Assembly: GCA_038227875.1 (NCBI GenBank)
Contig: JBBRPR010000006.1
Span: 32,001 to 96,000, forward strand
Source of the DNA: Planctomycetota bacterium
Lineage (GTDB): Bacteria > Planctomycetota > SZUA-567 > H5-PLA8
Reading direction: 5' to 3'
Length of the DNA stretch: 64,000 nt
The first letter of the stretch is position 1. Each line of letters begins with the position of its first letter. Shown here one piece after another: positions 50,984 through 61,242 of this stretch. The notes under the pieces are model-generated. The model saw only the letters and a program-made list of their open reading frames with translations, was not told where the DNA came from and made no database searches. The translations under genes and the position numbers were made by a program.

Positions 50984-51784
50984 TTATCCTGGCTGCAGTT
51001 CCGCGCGGCGGCGGCCTTTGCCTCGACTATTGGGGGCTTCAAGCAAGCGGCGCTGGCGTTCGGTCAGCTCCTCCAGATTCTGCGTGGATTCGTCGAGGTA
51101 ACTCTCACCGAATGCGCTGCAGAAGTTGTGGTATTTGAAGAAGACCGTGCGGCGCTCGTGGTTGCCCTTCCACGGCAGTGTGCCGTGCGAGAGCGCTTCA
51201 GTGAAGAACACCGCGGTGCCCGCCTTGCCGGTGACGGCTTTGGCGACGGGACTGCCTTTGCGCAGGTCCTGCCAGTCGTAAGGCAGTCGGAAGTTGGCCT
51301 TGTGGCTTCCGGGAACGACACCGAGTCCGCCGTCGCCTTCGTCAACATCCGTCAAGTTGTACGCGACCACGACCAGGCCGTTGTAGAGCTGGCCTTCGCT
51401 GACGCGATAAAACTGGCCGGGATCGTAAGGCGTGCCGCCGCCGTGAAGCGTAAACGCGCCGGCGTCTTTGGCATTGGGACGGATCACGGTGATGTAGGTG
51501 TGATCGAGACGGTAGAACGGTCCGCGGTCGGGCTTGGCCCACGGCATCGGACCAAACAGCGCATCGAGGTACGGCAGCACGGGCGCGTTGTCGATCAGTT
51601 TCAACATCGGCCCGCGCCAACTGAGCAGATCGCCGAAGCCAAAATTCAAGCCACGCGGATCGCTGTGCGATTCGATGCGCTGGTCGATCATCTCGTTGAT
51701 CGCCGCAATCTGACCGGGTGTCAGCGCGTTGGGCACCGTGAGGTAGCCGTTGAGGTCGAAGAAGTAGCGTTCGTTGTCGGTCAT
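50984..51784 (-). CDS. Phytanoyl-CoA dioxygenase (PhyH) family protein
   Basis: YFFDLNGYL, LHGG, GGLGVVPGSHK and FTEALSHGTLPW motifs. Confidence 0.88.
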   Translation of the reverse strand: MTDNERYFFDLNGYLTVPNALTPGQIAAINEMIDQRIESHSDPRGLNFGFGDLLSWRGPMLKLIDNAPVLPYLDALFGPMPWAKPDRGPFYRLDHTYITVIRPNAKDAGAFTLHGGGTPYDPGQFYRVSEGQLYNGLVVVAYNLTDVDEGDGGLGVVPGSHKANFRLPYDWQDLRKGSPVAKAVTGKAGTAVFFTEALSHGTLPWKGNHERRTVFFKYHNFCSAFGESYLDESTQNLEELTERQRRLLEAPNSRGKGRRRAELQPG

Positions 51785-51913
51785 GCGTTTCTCCATGAAC
51801 TATTTGACACTGCAATTCCGGCTCGTGTAGGCAGTATGCTTCATGGCTGCGCGGAATGAAATGGACCGAATGCTCAATAACATGTACGATTTGAGACGCA
51901 TTCAGGAGGCTGT

Positions 51914-52816
51914 ATGGCCGCTCGATTTTCGTTTCAGAACGCGCTGTTTGACCGCAACGCGTCGCGTTATCTGCGCATCGACGACACGCTGCGCACGCTG
52001 GTGATTGGCGGTAAATGCCACGGGCGACGGCCGGACCAGCACCGCAACAAGGCCTACAATTATCTGGCGATCAACTTTGTGCTCCGCGGTCGCGGAGTTT
52101 ACACGACGGCAGATGGGCGGGAATTCGAGTTGGCGCCCGGAACACTTTTTCACCGGCTGTCCGGAGTGAAGCACAGCACGTGGTTTGATCCGGATAGCGA
52201 CTACGCGGAACTCTTCATCGTCTACGATACCAAAACCGGCGACCAGTTGATGAAACTCGGCGTGATCTCCGAAGAACCCGTCGAGAACGTCGGCGTTGAT
52301 CCGGTGGTGATGGAGGAATTCAAAGAGCTGTTCAAGCGCGCGCGGTTGCCGGAGAGCCATTTTCCCACGCGCAACGCATTGATCGAGTCGATCGCGTTCA
52401 TCAACCGGCTCTACGATCGTGCACGGAGCAATCGCATCGTCGATTTCTGGACGAAAACCATCGAGGACGCGTGCGCGCTGCTCGAACACAATCTCGACGA
52501 GTCGATGCGCGGGCAGAAGGTCGCGGAGGAACTGGGCGTCAGCTATGCGGCCCTGCGCAAGCACTTCAAGCAGGCGACGGGCTACGCGCCGACGGATTAC
52601 CGCATCCGCCGCAGGCTGGAAGCGACACAGCACGCCTTGATGAACATGTCGGTGAAAGCGACGGCGCGCGAGTACGGCTACTGCGATTCGTTCGCGTTCT
52701 CGCGGCAATTCAAAGACTACGTCGGCATCTCGCCACGGGAATTTCAGCGGCGCATGCAGCAGTCGCTGATCTTGACGCCGCTCACACCGCTGACCAAATC
52801 ACGGCGGAGCGGATGA
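51914..52816 (+). CDS. AraC-family regulator
   Basis: Cupin-like N-terminus; FKQATGYAP..Y; GYCDSFAFSRQFK..VGISPREF. Confidence 0.92.
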   Translation: MAARFSFQNALFDRNASRYLRIDDTLRTLVIGGKCHGRRPDQHRNKAYNYLAINFVLRGRGVYTTADGREFELAPGTLFHRLSGVKHSTWFDPDSDYAELFIVYDTKTGDQLMKLGVISEEPVENVGVDPVVMEEFKELFKRARLPESHFPTRNALIESIAFINRLYDRARSNRIVDFWTKTIEDACALLEHNLDESMRGQKVAEELGVSYAALRKHFKQATGYAPTDYRIRRRLEATQHALMNMSVKATAREYGYCDSFAFSRQFKDYVGISPREFQRRMQQSLILTPLTPLTKSRRSG

Positions 52817-52890
52817 TGTAATCCCGCTGCGCAGGATCAGGGGCTTTGATACACTTCCCCTTTCGCCCCGATCGTACTAAAAGGAAGACC

Positions 52891-54408
52891 ATGCTTCAGC
52901 TTGATGGAAATTCACTGCGTTGGCAGGACGTCGTCGCCGTGGCGCGCGGCTCGGAAACCGCGGCGCTGCACGCCGACGCTCGCACGCGCATGCTGGCTTC
53001 GCGCAAGATCGTTGAAGACCACGTCGCCGCCGGGGACGTGGTCTACGGAGTGACCACGGGGTTTGGCAAATTCGCGCAGATTGCCATTCCGCCTGAACAC
53101 CGTGCAGAATTGCAACGCAATCTCGTCCGCAGCCACGCGGCCGGCGTCGGCGATCCGCTTCCGACGGATGTCGTGCGCGGAATGTTGCTGCTCCGCGCCA
53201 ATGCTCTGGCCAAGGGAGCCAGCGGGGTGCGGCCGATTCTCGTCGATACGCTGCTGGAACTGCTGAACAAACGCGTCCATCCGATCATTCCGCAAGTCGG
53301 CTCGCTGGGCGCGTCCGGAGATCTCGCGCCGCTGGCGCATCTGGCGCTGGTGTTGATCGGCGAAGGCGAAGCCGAGTTTATGGGCCGACGGATTACCGGC
53401 AAAGACGCGTTGCGCGAAGCCGGCATCCGTCCGCTGGCGCTCGAAGCCAAAGAAGGCCTGGCGCTGCTGAACGGCACGCAGGCCATGACGTCCATGGCCG
53501 TGCTGCTGCGCGAAGACGGCGGGCGGCTCTGTGCGCTGGCTGATGTCTGCGGCGCGCTATCGATCGACGCGACGCTCTCCAGCCGCGCGCCGTGCGAGGA
53601 GGCGCTACATCTCTTGCGTCCCTACCCTGGCGCGCTGGCGACAGCGAAGAACATCCGCACGCTGCTGGAAAACTCAGCGATTCTCGCCTCGCACGCGCAC
53701 TGCAAGCGCGTGCAGGATCCATACTCGTTGCGCTGCATTCCGCAGGTTCACGGCGCGGCACGCGATGCGCTGACGCATGCCGAGGAGATGCTCGCGATCG
53801 AAATCAACGCCGCGACCGACAACCCGCTGGTTCTCAGCGACGGCCGGGTGCTCAGCGGCGGCAATTTTCACGGCCAGCCGATTGCCATCCGCCTCGATTA
53901 CATGGCGCTGGCGCTCCACGAGCTGGGTTCGATCTCGGAACGGCGCGTCGACTGGATCATGAATCCCAATCTCACCGACCTGCCGGCGTTTCTCGCGCCG
54001 GTGGAAGGTCTGCATTCCGGCTACATGATCGCGCAGTACACGTCCGCCGCGCTGGTCACCGAGAACAAGACGCTCTGTGGGCCGGCGTCGGCGAGTTCCA
54101 TTCCGGTCAGCGGCAACCAGGAAGATCACAACTCGATGGGCATGACCTCGGCGTTGCACGCGCGGAGCATCCTGGAAAATGTGCGAACGATTCTCGCCAT
54201 CGAAATTCTTTGCGCGGCGCAGGCGATTCATTTGAGAAAAGCGGCGACCGGGCGTGGCTTGCAGCCGTTGATCGACGTGCTTCGCAGAGACGTGCCGCCG
54301 CTCACAGAAGACCGCGTCGTCTCGACGGACATCGAGAATGTACGGAAGCTGATCGTCTCCGGCGCGCTGCTCAACGCCGCTGAAGGCGCGGTCGGAACGT
54401 TGGACTAA
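52891..54408 (+). CDS. hutH: Histidine ammonia-lyase
   Basis: VYGVTTGFG, SHAAGVG, MIO motif GASGDLAPL, QDPYSLRC and NQEDHNSMG. Confidence 0.93.
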   Translation: MLQLDGNSLRWQDVVAVARGSETAALHADARTRMLASRKIVEDHVAAGDVVYGVTTGFGKFAQIAIPPEHRAELQRNLVRSHAAGVGDPLPTDVVRGMLLLRANALAKGASGVRPILVDTLLELLNKRVHPIIPQVGSLGASGDLAPLAHLALVLIGEGEAEFMGRRITGKDALREAGIRPLALEAKEGLALLNGTQAMTSMAVLLREDGGRLCALADVCGALSIDATLSSRAPCEEALHLLRPYPGALATAKNIRTLLENSAILASHAHCKRVQDPYSLRCIPQVHGAARDALTHAEEMLAIEINAATDNPLVLSDGRVLSGGNFHGQPIAIRLDYMALALHELGSISERRVDWIMNPNLTDLPAFLAPVEGLHSGYMIAQYTSAALVTENKTLCGPASASSIPVSGNQEDHNSMGMTSALHARSILENVRTILAIEILCAAQAIHLRKAATGRGLQPLIDVLRRDVPPLTEDRVVSTDIENVRKLIVSGALLNAAEGAVGTLD

Positions 54409-54998
54409 ACATTTTTCCGTTTGTCGGTGTAGTGCCGCTGAATCGCGAAGACCGTGAATCCCGCCATGTCGTGTACGCCATGCACGATCAACGAAACCAG
54501 CAGCGAGCCGGACCAGAGAAATACGCCGCCCAGAAGCGCACCCTCCCAGATCGCCCAGATTGTGTAAATGCGCAGGCGCGGCCGAGCAGGAATCATGTGA
54601 ACCAGGCCGAAAATTACCGCGGTGATCGCCAGCGCCGCAGGGGCGCCAATAACCGCAAGCGTTGCTTGAATGAAGACGCCGCGAAAAAGCAGCTCTTCGG
54701 AACTGGCCATCACGCCACCGGCGAGAATTTCAAGCGCGCCTTGCGGGCGGAAGTACTCCGCCAGCTCTTCGTGACGATCCAGATATTTTCTCCGCAGGAT
54801 CAGCAGCAGCGAAATATGCAGGAGGCCGTCGCTGGCTCCGATCGTGGCAATGCCAATGGCGATGTTCCGGAGCGTGTTCGGCTCAAACTCGAGATCCCAT
54901 TCCAAACCGAGGGCTCGCTTCAACGCCAGCGATGCGGCCACGAACAGTGCCGTGACGAGCAGCGTGAGCATCAGGTGATTCTTGATTTTGAACAGCAT
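54405..54998 (-). CDS. CPBP (Abi/CAAX) intramembrane metalloprotease
   Basis: EELLFRG, FGLVH and HGVHD motifs. Confidence 0.88.
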   Translation of the reverse strand: MLFKIKNHLMLTLLVTALFVAASLALKRALGLEWDLEFEPNTLRNIAIGIATIGASDGLLHISLLLILRRKYLDRHEELAEYFRPQGALEILAGGVMASSEELLFRGVFIQATLAVIGAPAALAITAVIFGLVHMIPARPRLRIYTIWAIWEGALLGGVFLWSGSLLVSLIVHGVHDMAGFTVFAIQRHYTDKRKNV

Positions 54999-55004
54999 CG
55001 CGGG

Positions 55005-56306
55005 CTACTCCCAGGCCATCATGACCAGGGTCGCGCCGATCAGTGGAATATTTTTGGTCAATGGACCGAAGGGATGAAACCACAGCTCCGGCATGCGCAG
55101 CGTCAGGATTCCCATGAAGCCGAACATCAGGAGCAGTTGAATCGCGCCCATCAGCCAGATGCGGATGCCGAACACGGTCAGCAAGCCGATGATGATTTCA
55201 AAGATGCTCGTACCGTACATCAGCGCTGAGGCCAGCGTGCCAGTGATGCCAATCTGATCCAGCAGTTGCAAGCCCTGCGCTGGCGAGATGAACGCCGAGA
55301 CCACGCCCGTCGCGATCCAAATGAACGCAATCGTCAGACGCAACGGCAGCCGCCACGGATTCATCCGCGCGTTCCAGACATCCTGCTGCGAAAGCGGTCG
55401 GCGCGCGATGCCTTCTTCGAACGCGAGCGGCTGAAAACCGAAGCGCTCCACAAACAGGCGCTCCTGTTCGCCGGAGCAGAAATTACCGCGCTGCAGCATA
55501 GCCAACTCTTCGCCCGTGATCGGGCCGTGCCCGCCGCAAAGGTCCGTGAATCCCGCCACCATTTTCATCACCGCCAGCGGCACGTGGATCTTCGTCGCGC
55601 TTGCCTTGCCCAGTCGTCGCGCCAGCACGTCCAGCATCTCATCGAATGAGAGCGCGTGAGCTCCACCAATATCTTGAACGATGTTTTTGAGCGCCGGGTT
55701 CTCGAGTGCCGCGACCACTGCGCGCACGACATCCGCGACGTGAACCGGTTGCACGCGGTACTTTCCGTCGCCCGGCACCGCCGTCACCGGCTGCGCGGCG
55801 AGGGAGAGAAAAAACGCCATCGATTCATCCTGCGGACCGTAGACGAACGACGGACGCAAAACGGCGAACGTCGTCACCGTGTTTGCCGCGCATTTTTCAA
55901 CGAGAAACTGATCCGCGGCGCGTTTGGTGCGATGGTATTGGCTGGCGGCCTGTTCATCGGCGCCGAGCGCGCTGACCTGGACGATCTTCTTCATGCCGCC
56001 AGTTAACGCCGCCGTGAAGAGTGCGATAGGCGAGAGCTGGTGGACCTGCTCAAAACTGGCAGATGCTGTTTCACGAATGATTCCGACCGCGTTCACCACC
56101 GCGTCGTGACCGGCGATAGTCGACAGCCACGTCTCCGGGCGCGTGAATTCGCCTTCCACCACGCTGCAACCCGGCAGCGCCATCGCGCGAATGTGTGCCG
56201 CGGAACGGCCACGCAGTAAACACGTCACCTGATGACCGCGCTCGACCAGCGCGTTCAACACGTGCCCGCCGATGAAACCAGAAGCGCCGGTCAGGAAAAT
56301 TTTCAT
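55005..56306 (-). CDS. NAD-dependent epimerase/NDUFA9-like protein fused to a DoxX-like membrane domain
   Basis: TGASGFIG, YHRTK and LRPSFVYG; C-terminal W.HPFGPLTKNIP. Confidence 0.88.
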   Translation of the reverse strand: MKIFLTGASGFIGGHVLNALVERGHQVTCLLRGRSAAHIRAMALPGCSVVEGEFTRPETWLSTIAGHDAVVNAVGIIRETASASFEQVHQLSPIALFTAALTGGMKKIVQVSALGADEQAASQYHRTKRAADQFLVEKCAANTVTTFAVLRPSFVYGPQDESMAFFLSLAAQPVTAVPGDGKYRVQPVHVADVVRAVVAALENPALKNIVQDIGGAHALSFDEMLDVLARRLGKASATKIHVPLAVMKMVAGFTDLCGGHGPITGEELAMLQRGNFCSGEQERLFVERFGFQPLAFEEGIARRPLSQQDVWNARMNPWRLPLRLTIAFIWIATGVVSAFISPAQGLQLLDQIGITGTLASALMYGTSIFEIIIGLLTVFGIRIWLMGAIQLLLMFGFMGILTLRMPELWFHPFGPLTKNIPLIGATLVMMAWE

Positions 56307-56335
56307 AAATGCCTTGGCTGAAACCCGTGCGCGCT

Positions 56336-57889
56336 TCAGTTCGCGCCGTCGGAGCCGGAGACCGCCCCGTCGTCAGCCTTGCCCGGTTCCTCCGGTTTCG
56401 GCTTTGGTGCGTCCGTGGGCAACTCGACGTGCTCCGGCGAATCTTTCGGATCGTCGACAGGCTGAGCCGCAGGCGCCTCTTCCGTCTTGGGCTCCTCGTG
56501 TTCAGGATGCGTCGTCGGAGCGGCCTCAGGCTCAGCAGGCTCAGCAGGCTCATCCGCCTTGGGAGCGACCTCCACAGAGCCCGATTCCTGAACCGTGTCC
56601 CCCGCCCCCTCAACACGCGTCGTGCTCGTTGGCGCGGCAGGCTCATCCACCTTCGAAGCACTCTCTCCGGAAACTGAACCCTCGCCGCTTGCGGCGCTCT
56701 CGGCGCTGTCCGGGCTGACGGCGGTCGGCGGCAACGTGGGCACCGGCTGTGCTTCGAGCGGAAGGTTGTCGTCGCGGACCTTACCGTCGCGGCTCTGTTC
56801 GAAACGTTCGCTGATCGCATCGGCGGCGGCGAGAATCGCGTCGATGCGGCGCCCGATTTCGTGCTCTTCGGCGTCGATTTCTTCCAGATCTTCCGGCTTG
56901 AGCACGCCCTCGAAGCGCGGCTTGGCCTGGCGGCGCGTGAACATCGGCTTGCCGCCTTCGGCCAGCATTTTTGCGTCCTGCTCGGCCTTCGATTTCAGCG
57001 CGTCCTGCTCAGCGGCCTCGGCTGCGGCAGCCTGTTCGCGCGATGCGGCTTCCGCTTCGCCTTCGTTGGCGGAATTCACATCGATTACGCCGAATTCCGA
57101 CGCCTGGCTCAGCCGCACCGCGCGGCGGCGCGTCAGTTCCAGCAGTGCAACAAACGTTGCGGCGATGTCGGCGCGGTCGAGCGGGTCGGCGATCAACTCG
57201 ATAAAGCGAGCGAAGGGGCGCGACTTGAGCATCGTTTCGATGCGCGAGATCTTCGCCTCGATCGATTCGCCGGAGTATTCGATGCGCCGTGGCGTCTGCG
57301 CCAGTACGGCTTTCATCGTCCGTTCGTACGCGGAGAAGAGACCGAAGAGATCCAGCTCCAGCAGCGCTTCCTTGGCCGTGGCGCGGTCTTCGTCGGGATT
57401 TTCCGTGTCCGGCTCGTCGGGAATATCGCCGAAGAAACCGCGCGGCCGGTGCTGCTGCCATTCTTCCTGCAGCGTTTCGAGCGTTCGGGCCTGATCTTTG
57501 AGCTGCCGGTATTGCAGGAGTTGGCGGACGAGTTCCGAGCGCGGGTCTTCGATGATCTCTTCGGCTTCGCCGGCCGTTTCCTGCACCGGCAGCAGCTCGC
57601 GGCTCTTGATTTCCATCAAGGTCGCGGCCATCACCAGGAATTCGCCGGCCAGCTGCAAATCCCACTGCGGCGCGCCGTCAAGGAAGCGCAGGTACTGTTC
57701 CAGGATCAGCGCGATGGGGATTTCGGTGATCTCAACTTCGTTTTCTTTGATCAGATAGAGCAGCAGATCCAGCGGACCCTGGAAGGCATCCAGCGTCGCG
57801 GAAAAATCGATGCGGTTACCCACGGGCGTTCTTGGCGCCGGTGGCCCAAGAGCCTCGGAAGCAGACGGAGCATCGGTTGAATCGGACAT
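56336..57889 (-). CDS. scpA: Segregation and condensation protein A (kleisin) with long acidic C-terminal extension
   Basis: FQGPLDLLLYLI, EFLVMAATLMEIKSRELLP, DPRSELV..L..Y and TFVALLEL motifs. Confidence 0.92.
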   Translation of the reverse strand: MSDSTDAPSASEALGPPAPRTPVGNRIDFSATLDAFQGPLDLLLYLIKENEVEITEIPIALILEQYLRFLDGAPQWDLQLAGEFLVMAATLMEIKSRELLPVQETAGEAEEIIEDPRSELVRQLLQYRQLKDQARTLETLQEEWQQHRPRGFFGDIPDEPDTENPDEDRATAKEALLELDLFGLFSAYERTMKAVLAQTPRRIEYSGESIEAKISRIETMLKSRPFARFIELIADPLDRADIAATFVALLELTRRRAVRLSQASEFGVIDVNSANEGEAEAASREQAAAAEAAEQDALKSKAEQDAKMLAEGGKPMFTRRQAKPRFEGVLKPEDLEEIDAEEHEIGRRIDAILAAADAISERFEQSRDGKVRDDNLPLEAQPVPTLPPTAVSPDSAESAASGEGSVSGESASKVDEPAAPTSTTRVEGAGDTVQESGSVEVAPKADEPAEPAEPEAAPTTHPEHEEPKTEEAPAAQPVDDPKDSPEHVELPTDAPKPKPEEPGKADDGAVSGSDGAN

Positions 57890-58342
57890 GCGCTAAAGAG
57901 TACAAACGCGCGAAGGAGAATCCAGTGTAACTGTATCGCGGCTTCCAGCCGGCGAAGTCCGGGCTGGCGGTGCGCGCTCTTTCTTCAATTCGTCGAGCGG
58001 CGTGAACACCTCCCGGAAATAGGGGCGTTTGATCTCGCTCATAAGCAGCGTTCGTTCCGCAAAGTTCGATGCACGGACTAAGGACAACCTCGAAGTCCCA
58101 TCCGTAGTGTTCGCCTAATTTCAAGCCCGAGCGCGATTTAGAGGATTATCATATTTTGATCGATTTGATCGAATTTTATTGATTGCTACGTTGTTTAGAG
58201 GTACAGTTCGTTCGATTTGAACGCTTATCTAAAATGAGAAGCTTCACTCGAAGCAGGACTGACAGCCACCGGTGTGTGCCGCGGCTGAAGTAGAACGAAC
58301 TCTCCATTGGGAGTGGAGAGTTCCACATTTCATGGAGGAAAG

Positions 58343-58822
58343 ATGAACAAGTACATCGTTGCAGGCGTAATGTGTGCGTTGATGTTCGTGACCGGAATTT
58401 CGCGGGCTGAGGACGCGAAGGATATTGTCGACACGGCCGTGGCCGCCGGCTCGTTCAAGACGCTCGTCGCCGCCGTCAAGGCCGCGGGATTAGTCGATAC
58501 TTTAAAGGGGAAAGGTCAGCTGACCGTTTTCGCGCCGACCGACGAAGCGTTCGCGAAACTTCCCGCCGGAACCGTGGACGATCTGTTGAAGCCGGAGAAC
58601 AAGGAAAAGCTGGTGAAGATACTGACCTATCACGTGGTCGAAGGCAAAGTGTTCGCCGCTGATGTGGCGAAGCTGAAGGAAGCCAAGACGGTGAACGGCA
58701 AGGCCGTGGCGGTGAAAGCCGAAAACGGCGCCGTGACGATCGACGCTGCGAAAGTGACCAAGGCGGACATTTCATGCAGCAACGGCGTCATTCACGTCAT
58801 CGACACCGTGCTGATGCCGTAA
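58343..58822 (+). CDS. Secreted fasciclin (FAS1) domain protein
   Basis: [30 protein letters not shown] and [13 protein letters not shown] motifs; GGAGG RBS. Confidence 0.95.
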   Translation: MNKYIVAGVMCALMFVTGISRAEDAKDIVDTAVAAGSFKTLVAAVKAAGLVDTLKGKGQLTVFAPTDEAFAKLPAGTVDDLLKPENKEKLVKILTYHVVEGKVFAADVAKLKEAKTVNGKAVAVKAENGAVTIDAAKVTKADISCSNGVIHVIDTVLMP

Positions 58823-58844
58823 GCACTGCAGTTGAGCGGAAAAG

Positions 58845-58875
58845 AACTCCCCGCGCAAAACGCGGGGAGTTTTTA
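58845..58875. terminator. Bidirectional intrinsic terminator
   Basis: aactccccgcg-caaaa-cgcggggagtt flanked by A and T runs, between convergent genes. Confidence 0.8.
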
Positions 58876-58878
58876 TTT

Positions 58879-61023
58879 CTACTGCTTTATTCGAAACAGC
58901 CCCACGTTCCCTGCCCAGAGTTCCGACGTCTCCGGATTGAAGCGCAGAACCAGCGGTTTGCGGTAGGGGATGTCGCCGGTGATCTCCGTCCACGTCGCGC
59001 CACCGTCGATCGTCTTGAAAATTCCGCCCGTTCCGCCACCCCACGACACGCGCGAGATCCAGATGGTCTTCTCGTCCTTCGGATGCAGTTCCAGACCGAC
59101 AATGGTGTTGCCGTCTTTGAAGTCCGAAATTTTCTTCCACGTCGCGCCGTGGTCGGTGCTGTGCCAGAGGTTGTTGCCGGAGCAGTAGACTTCTCCCGTG
59201 GCGGAAACGATGAGATTGAACACCCACGGTTCGTCTTTCATGATCAGCGTCCACGATTCGCCGCCGTCTTCGCTGCGATAGAGGCCGCCATTGGGACCGC
59301 ACGCGCCCCAGAAGATGCGCTGCGGTTCGGTCGGATCGACCATCAAGCCGTAGAACATGCGCCGGCTGCCCGGCTGGTGGGCGAGCTGCTTCCACGTCAT
59401 CCCGCCGTCGATGGACTTGAAGACGCCGCCGCCGGTCAGGTTATGTTCCGGATCGGGATCGCCGTCGATGCCCAGGTACAGCACGAGCGGATTTTTCGGA
59501 TCGGCGGACAGGGCGCGAGCGAAGCCATCGCCCCACATCGTATTTTTCTTGGGGCGGTCCTTGGGCAGACCGTCGAGAGAGGTCTTGAAGGTCTTGCCGC
59601 CGTCGTTGCTGATCGCGAGCTTGTTCAGCGGCGCGTCCCACGCGGAGACAGTGGCGACGATATGCGTGACGCCATCGGCCTTCCATGGAATCACGCGCCA
59701 GTGGTGGCCGCTGGTGCCGGCGATGTACTTCAGCGGGAACAACTGCTTCCATGTCGCGCCGTTGTCGGCGCTGCTGAGCAGACCTTCATCCATCACGGTC
59801 ACGTAGGTGGTGCCGTCCAGAAAGCGAATGTCGGTAATGCAGGAAATGTCGGCGCCGCGATCGCGTTCTTCCCACGTCTGCCCGCCGTCGGCGCTGTACG
59901 CCAGCCGCCAGTTTCCGGCCGCGTACAGTTCCTGCCCGTTGTTGGGATTGATGGCGATATTCGTCATGGCGCTCAGGTTCGTGAATCCGCCGCCGCCTTC
60001 CTGCGGCAGCGTGGGATTGCCTTCGGGGTCCAGCTTCAGTTTATTGATATTCGCCCACGTCTTGCCGCCGTCGGTCGAGCGGAACACGTTGCCGCCCCAG
60101 CCGGTTGTCGCCAGCGCGCAGACCAAATCAGGATTCTTGGGGTCGACGACGATTTCCATCGGCGAACTTTTCGCATCGAGGCCCGTTCCCGCAACGGCCC
60201 AGGTCTGGCCGTGATCCGCGGACTTCCAGACGCCGTCCTTGCCGCAGGCCGCATAGATGATTGCATCGTCACTCGGTGCGAACGTAGCGTGTTTCACATT
60301 CTTCGGCACGCCGGCCGCGGGCGTCCACGTTTCGCCGCCGTCGGCGCTTATCAGCAGGCTCGCGTTGTTCGTGGCGGCCAGCAGCGCCTTGCTATTCTTT
60401 GGTGAGATCGCGACAGAGTAAACAATGCTGCCTTTGTCTTTCAGCTCGTACAGTTTCTTCCACGTCGCGCCGCTATCGGTGCTCTTGTAGATCAGTCCGT
60501 GCGGCGTTCCGGCCAGCAGTTCGCTGGTCTGTGGATCGACGGCCAGCGCGCGGACGCTCTTGCCGCGATCGGCGAAGACCGCCTGCGCTTTCAGGCCGGT
60601 GCTGGGAAGAAATACCCAGTGATCGCCGCAGTCGGTGCTCTTGCAGATTCCGGCGGTTGTGACGGTGTAAACGGTATCCGGATTCTTGGCGTCCGTGGCA
60701 ATGGAATAGACCGCGTACTCGTTGATTCCGTTGTTGATCAGGCGAAAGTGTTTGCCGTGGTCGTCGGATCGGCACATGCCGTCGACGTCACCGCCGAGAT
60801 AGATCACGCCATCCTTGGTGGGATGAAACGCGCACGCCCAGAAGTAGCCGCCACCACCCCACCCCGCCGCTTGCCAGGACGGTGCGGCAGCCGCAGCAGC
60901 AGGAGTCGGAGCAGTAGTGGCAACGGGCGCATCTTCGGCACGGATTGACCCGCACGCGGCCACGAGAACGAACAGAACTGGAACAGCAGTGCGGAGGGTC
61001 TGTTTTTTCAAGAGCTTATCCAC
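58879..61023 (-). CDS. Secreted BNR/Asp-box beta-propeller protein (GH74/Ycf48/VPS10-like)
   Basis: Many S.DGG.TW repeats; N-terminal GWGGGGY...YLGGDVDG. Confidence 0.85.
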   Translation of the reverse strand: MDKLLKKQTLRTAVPVLFVLVAACGSIRAEDAPVATTAPTPAAAAAAPSWQAAGWGGGGYFWACAFHPTKDGVIYLGGDVDGMCRSDDHGKHFRLINNGINEYAVYSIATDAKNPDTVYTVTTAGICKSTDCGDHWVFLPSTGLKAQAVFADRGKSVRALAVDPQTSELLAGTPHGLIYKSTDSGATWKKLYELKDKGSIVYSVAISPKNSKALLAATNNASLLISADGGETWTPAAGVPKNVKHATFAPSDDAIIYAACGKDGVWKSADHGQTWAVAGTGLDAKSSPMEIVVDPKNPDLVCALATTGWGGNVFRSTDGGKTWANINKLKLDPEGNPTLPQEGGGGFTNLSAMTNIAINPNNGQELYAAGNWRLAYSADGGQTWEERDRGADISCITDIRFLDGTTYVTVMDEGLLSSADNGATWKQLFPLKYIAGTSGHHWRVIPWKADGVTHIVATVSAWDAPLNKLAISNDGGKTFKTSLDGLPKDRPKKNTMWGDGFARALSADPKNPLVLYLGIDGDPDPEHNLTGGGVFKSIDGGMTWKQLAHQPGSRRMFYGLMVDPTEPQRIFWGACGPNGGLYRSEDGGESWTLIMKDEPWVFNLIVSATGEVYCSGNNLWHSTDHGATWKKISDFKDGNTIVGLELHPKDEKTIWISRVSWGGGTGGIFKTIDGGATWTEITGDIPYRKPLVLRFNPETSELWAGNVGLFRIKQ

Positions 61024-61184
61024 CTGAAGAGTTGTCGTATCATCGAAAACAAAACGCAGTCCTTTCTAGATACACCCTTTAAAGGCTACCTGCGAATGGA
61101 ACCCTGACGATGAAGCTGAAAACTTTACAAGTTGACCACCGGTGGGACAGCTCGGTTTGGACTAGCAACTGCGCGTCTCAAAAC

Positions 61185-61219
61185 GAAAACACGGATGCGC
61201 TTTAAGCATCCGTGTTTTC
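61185..61219 (-). terminator. Stem-loop terminator after the 61243-63945 gene
   Basis: gaaaacacggatgc-gctttaa-gcatccgtgttttc. Confidence 0.65.
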
Positions 61220-61242
61220 AAATTCCGTGCGGTTGCCCGAGT

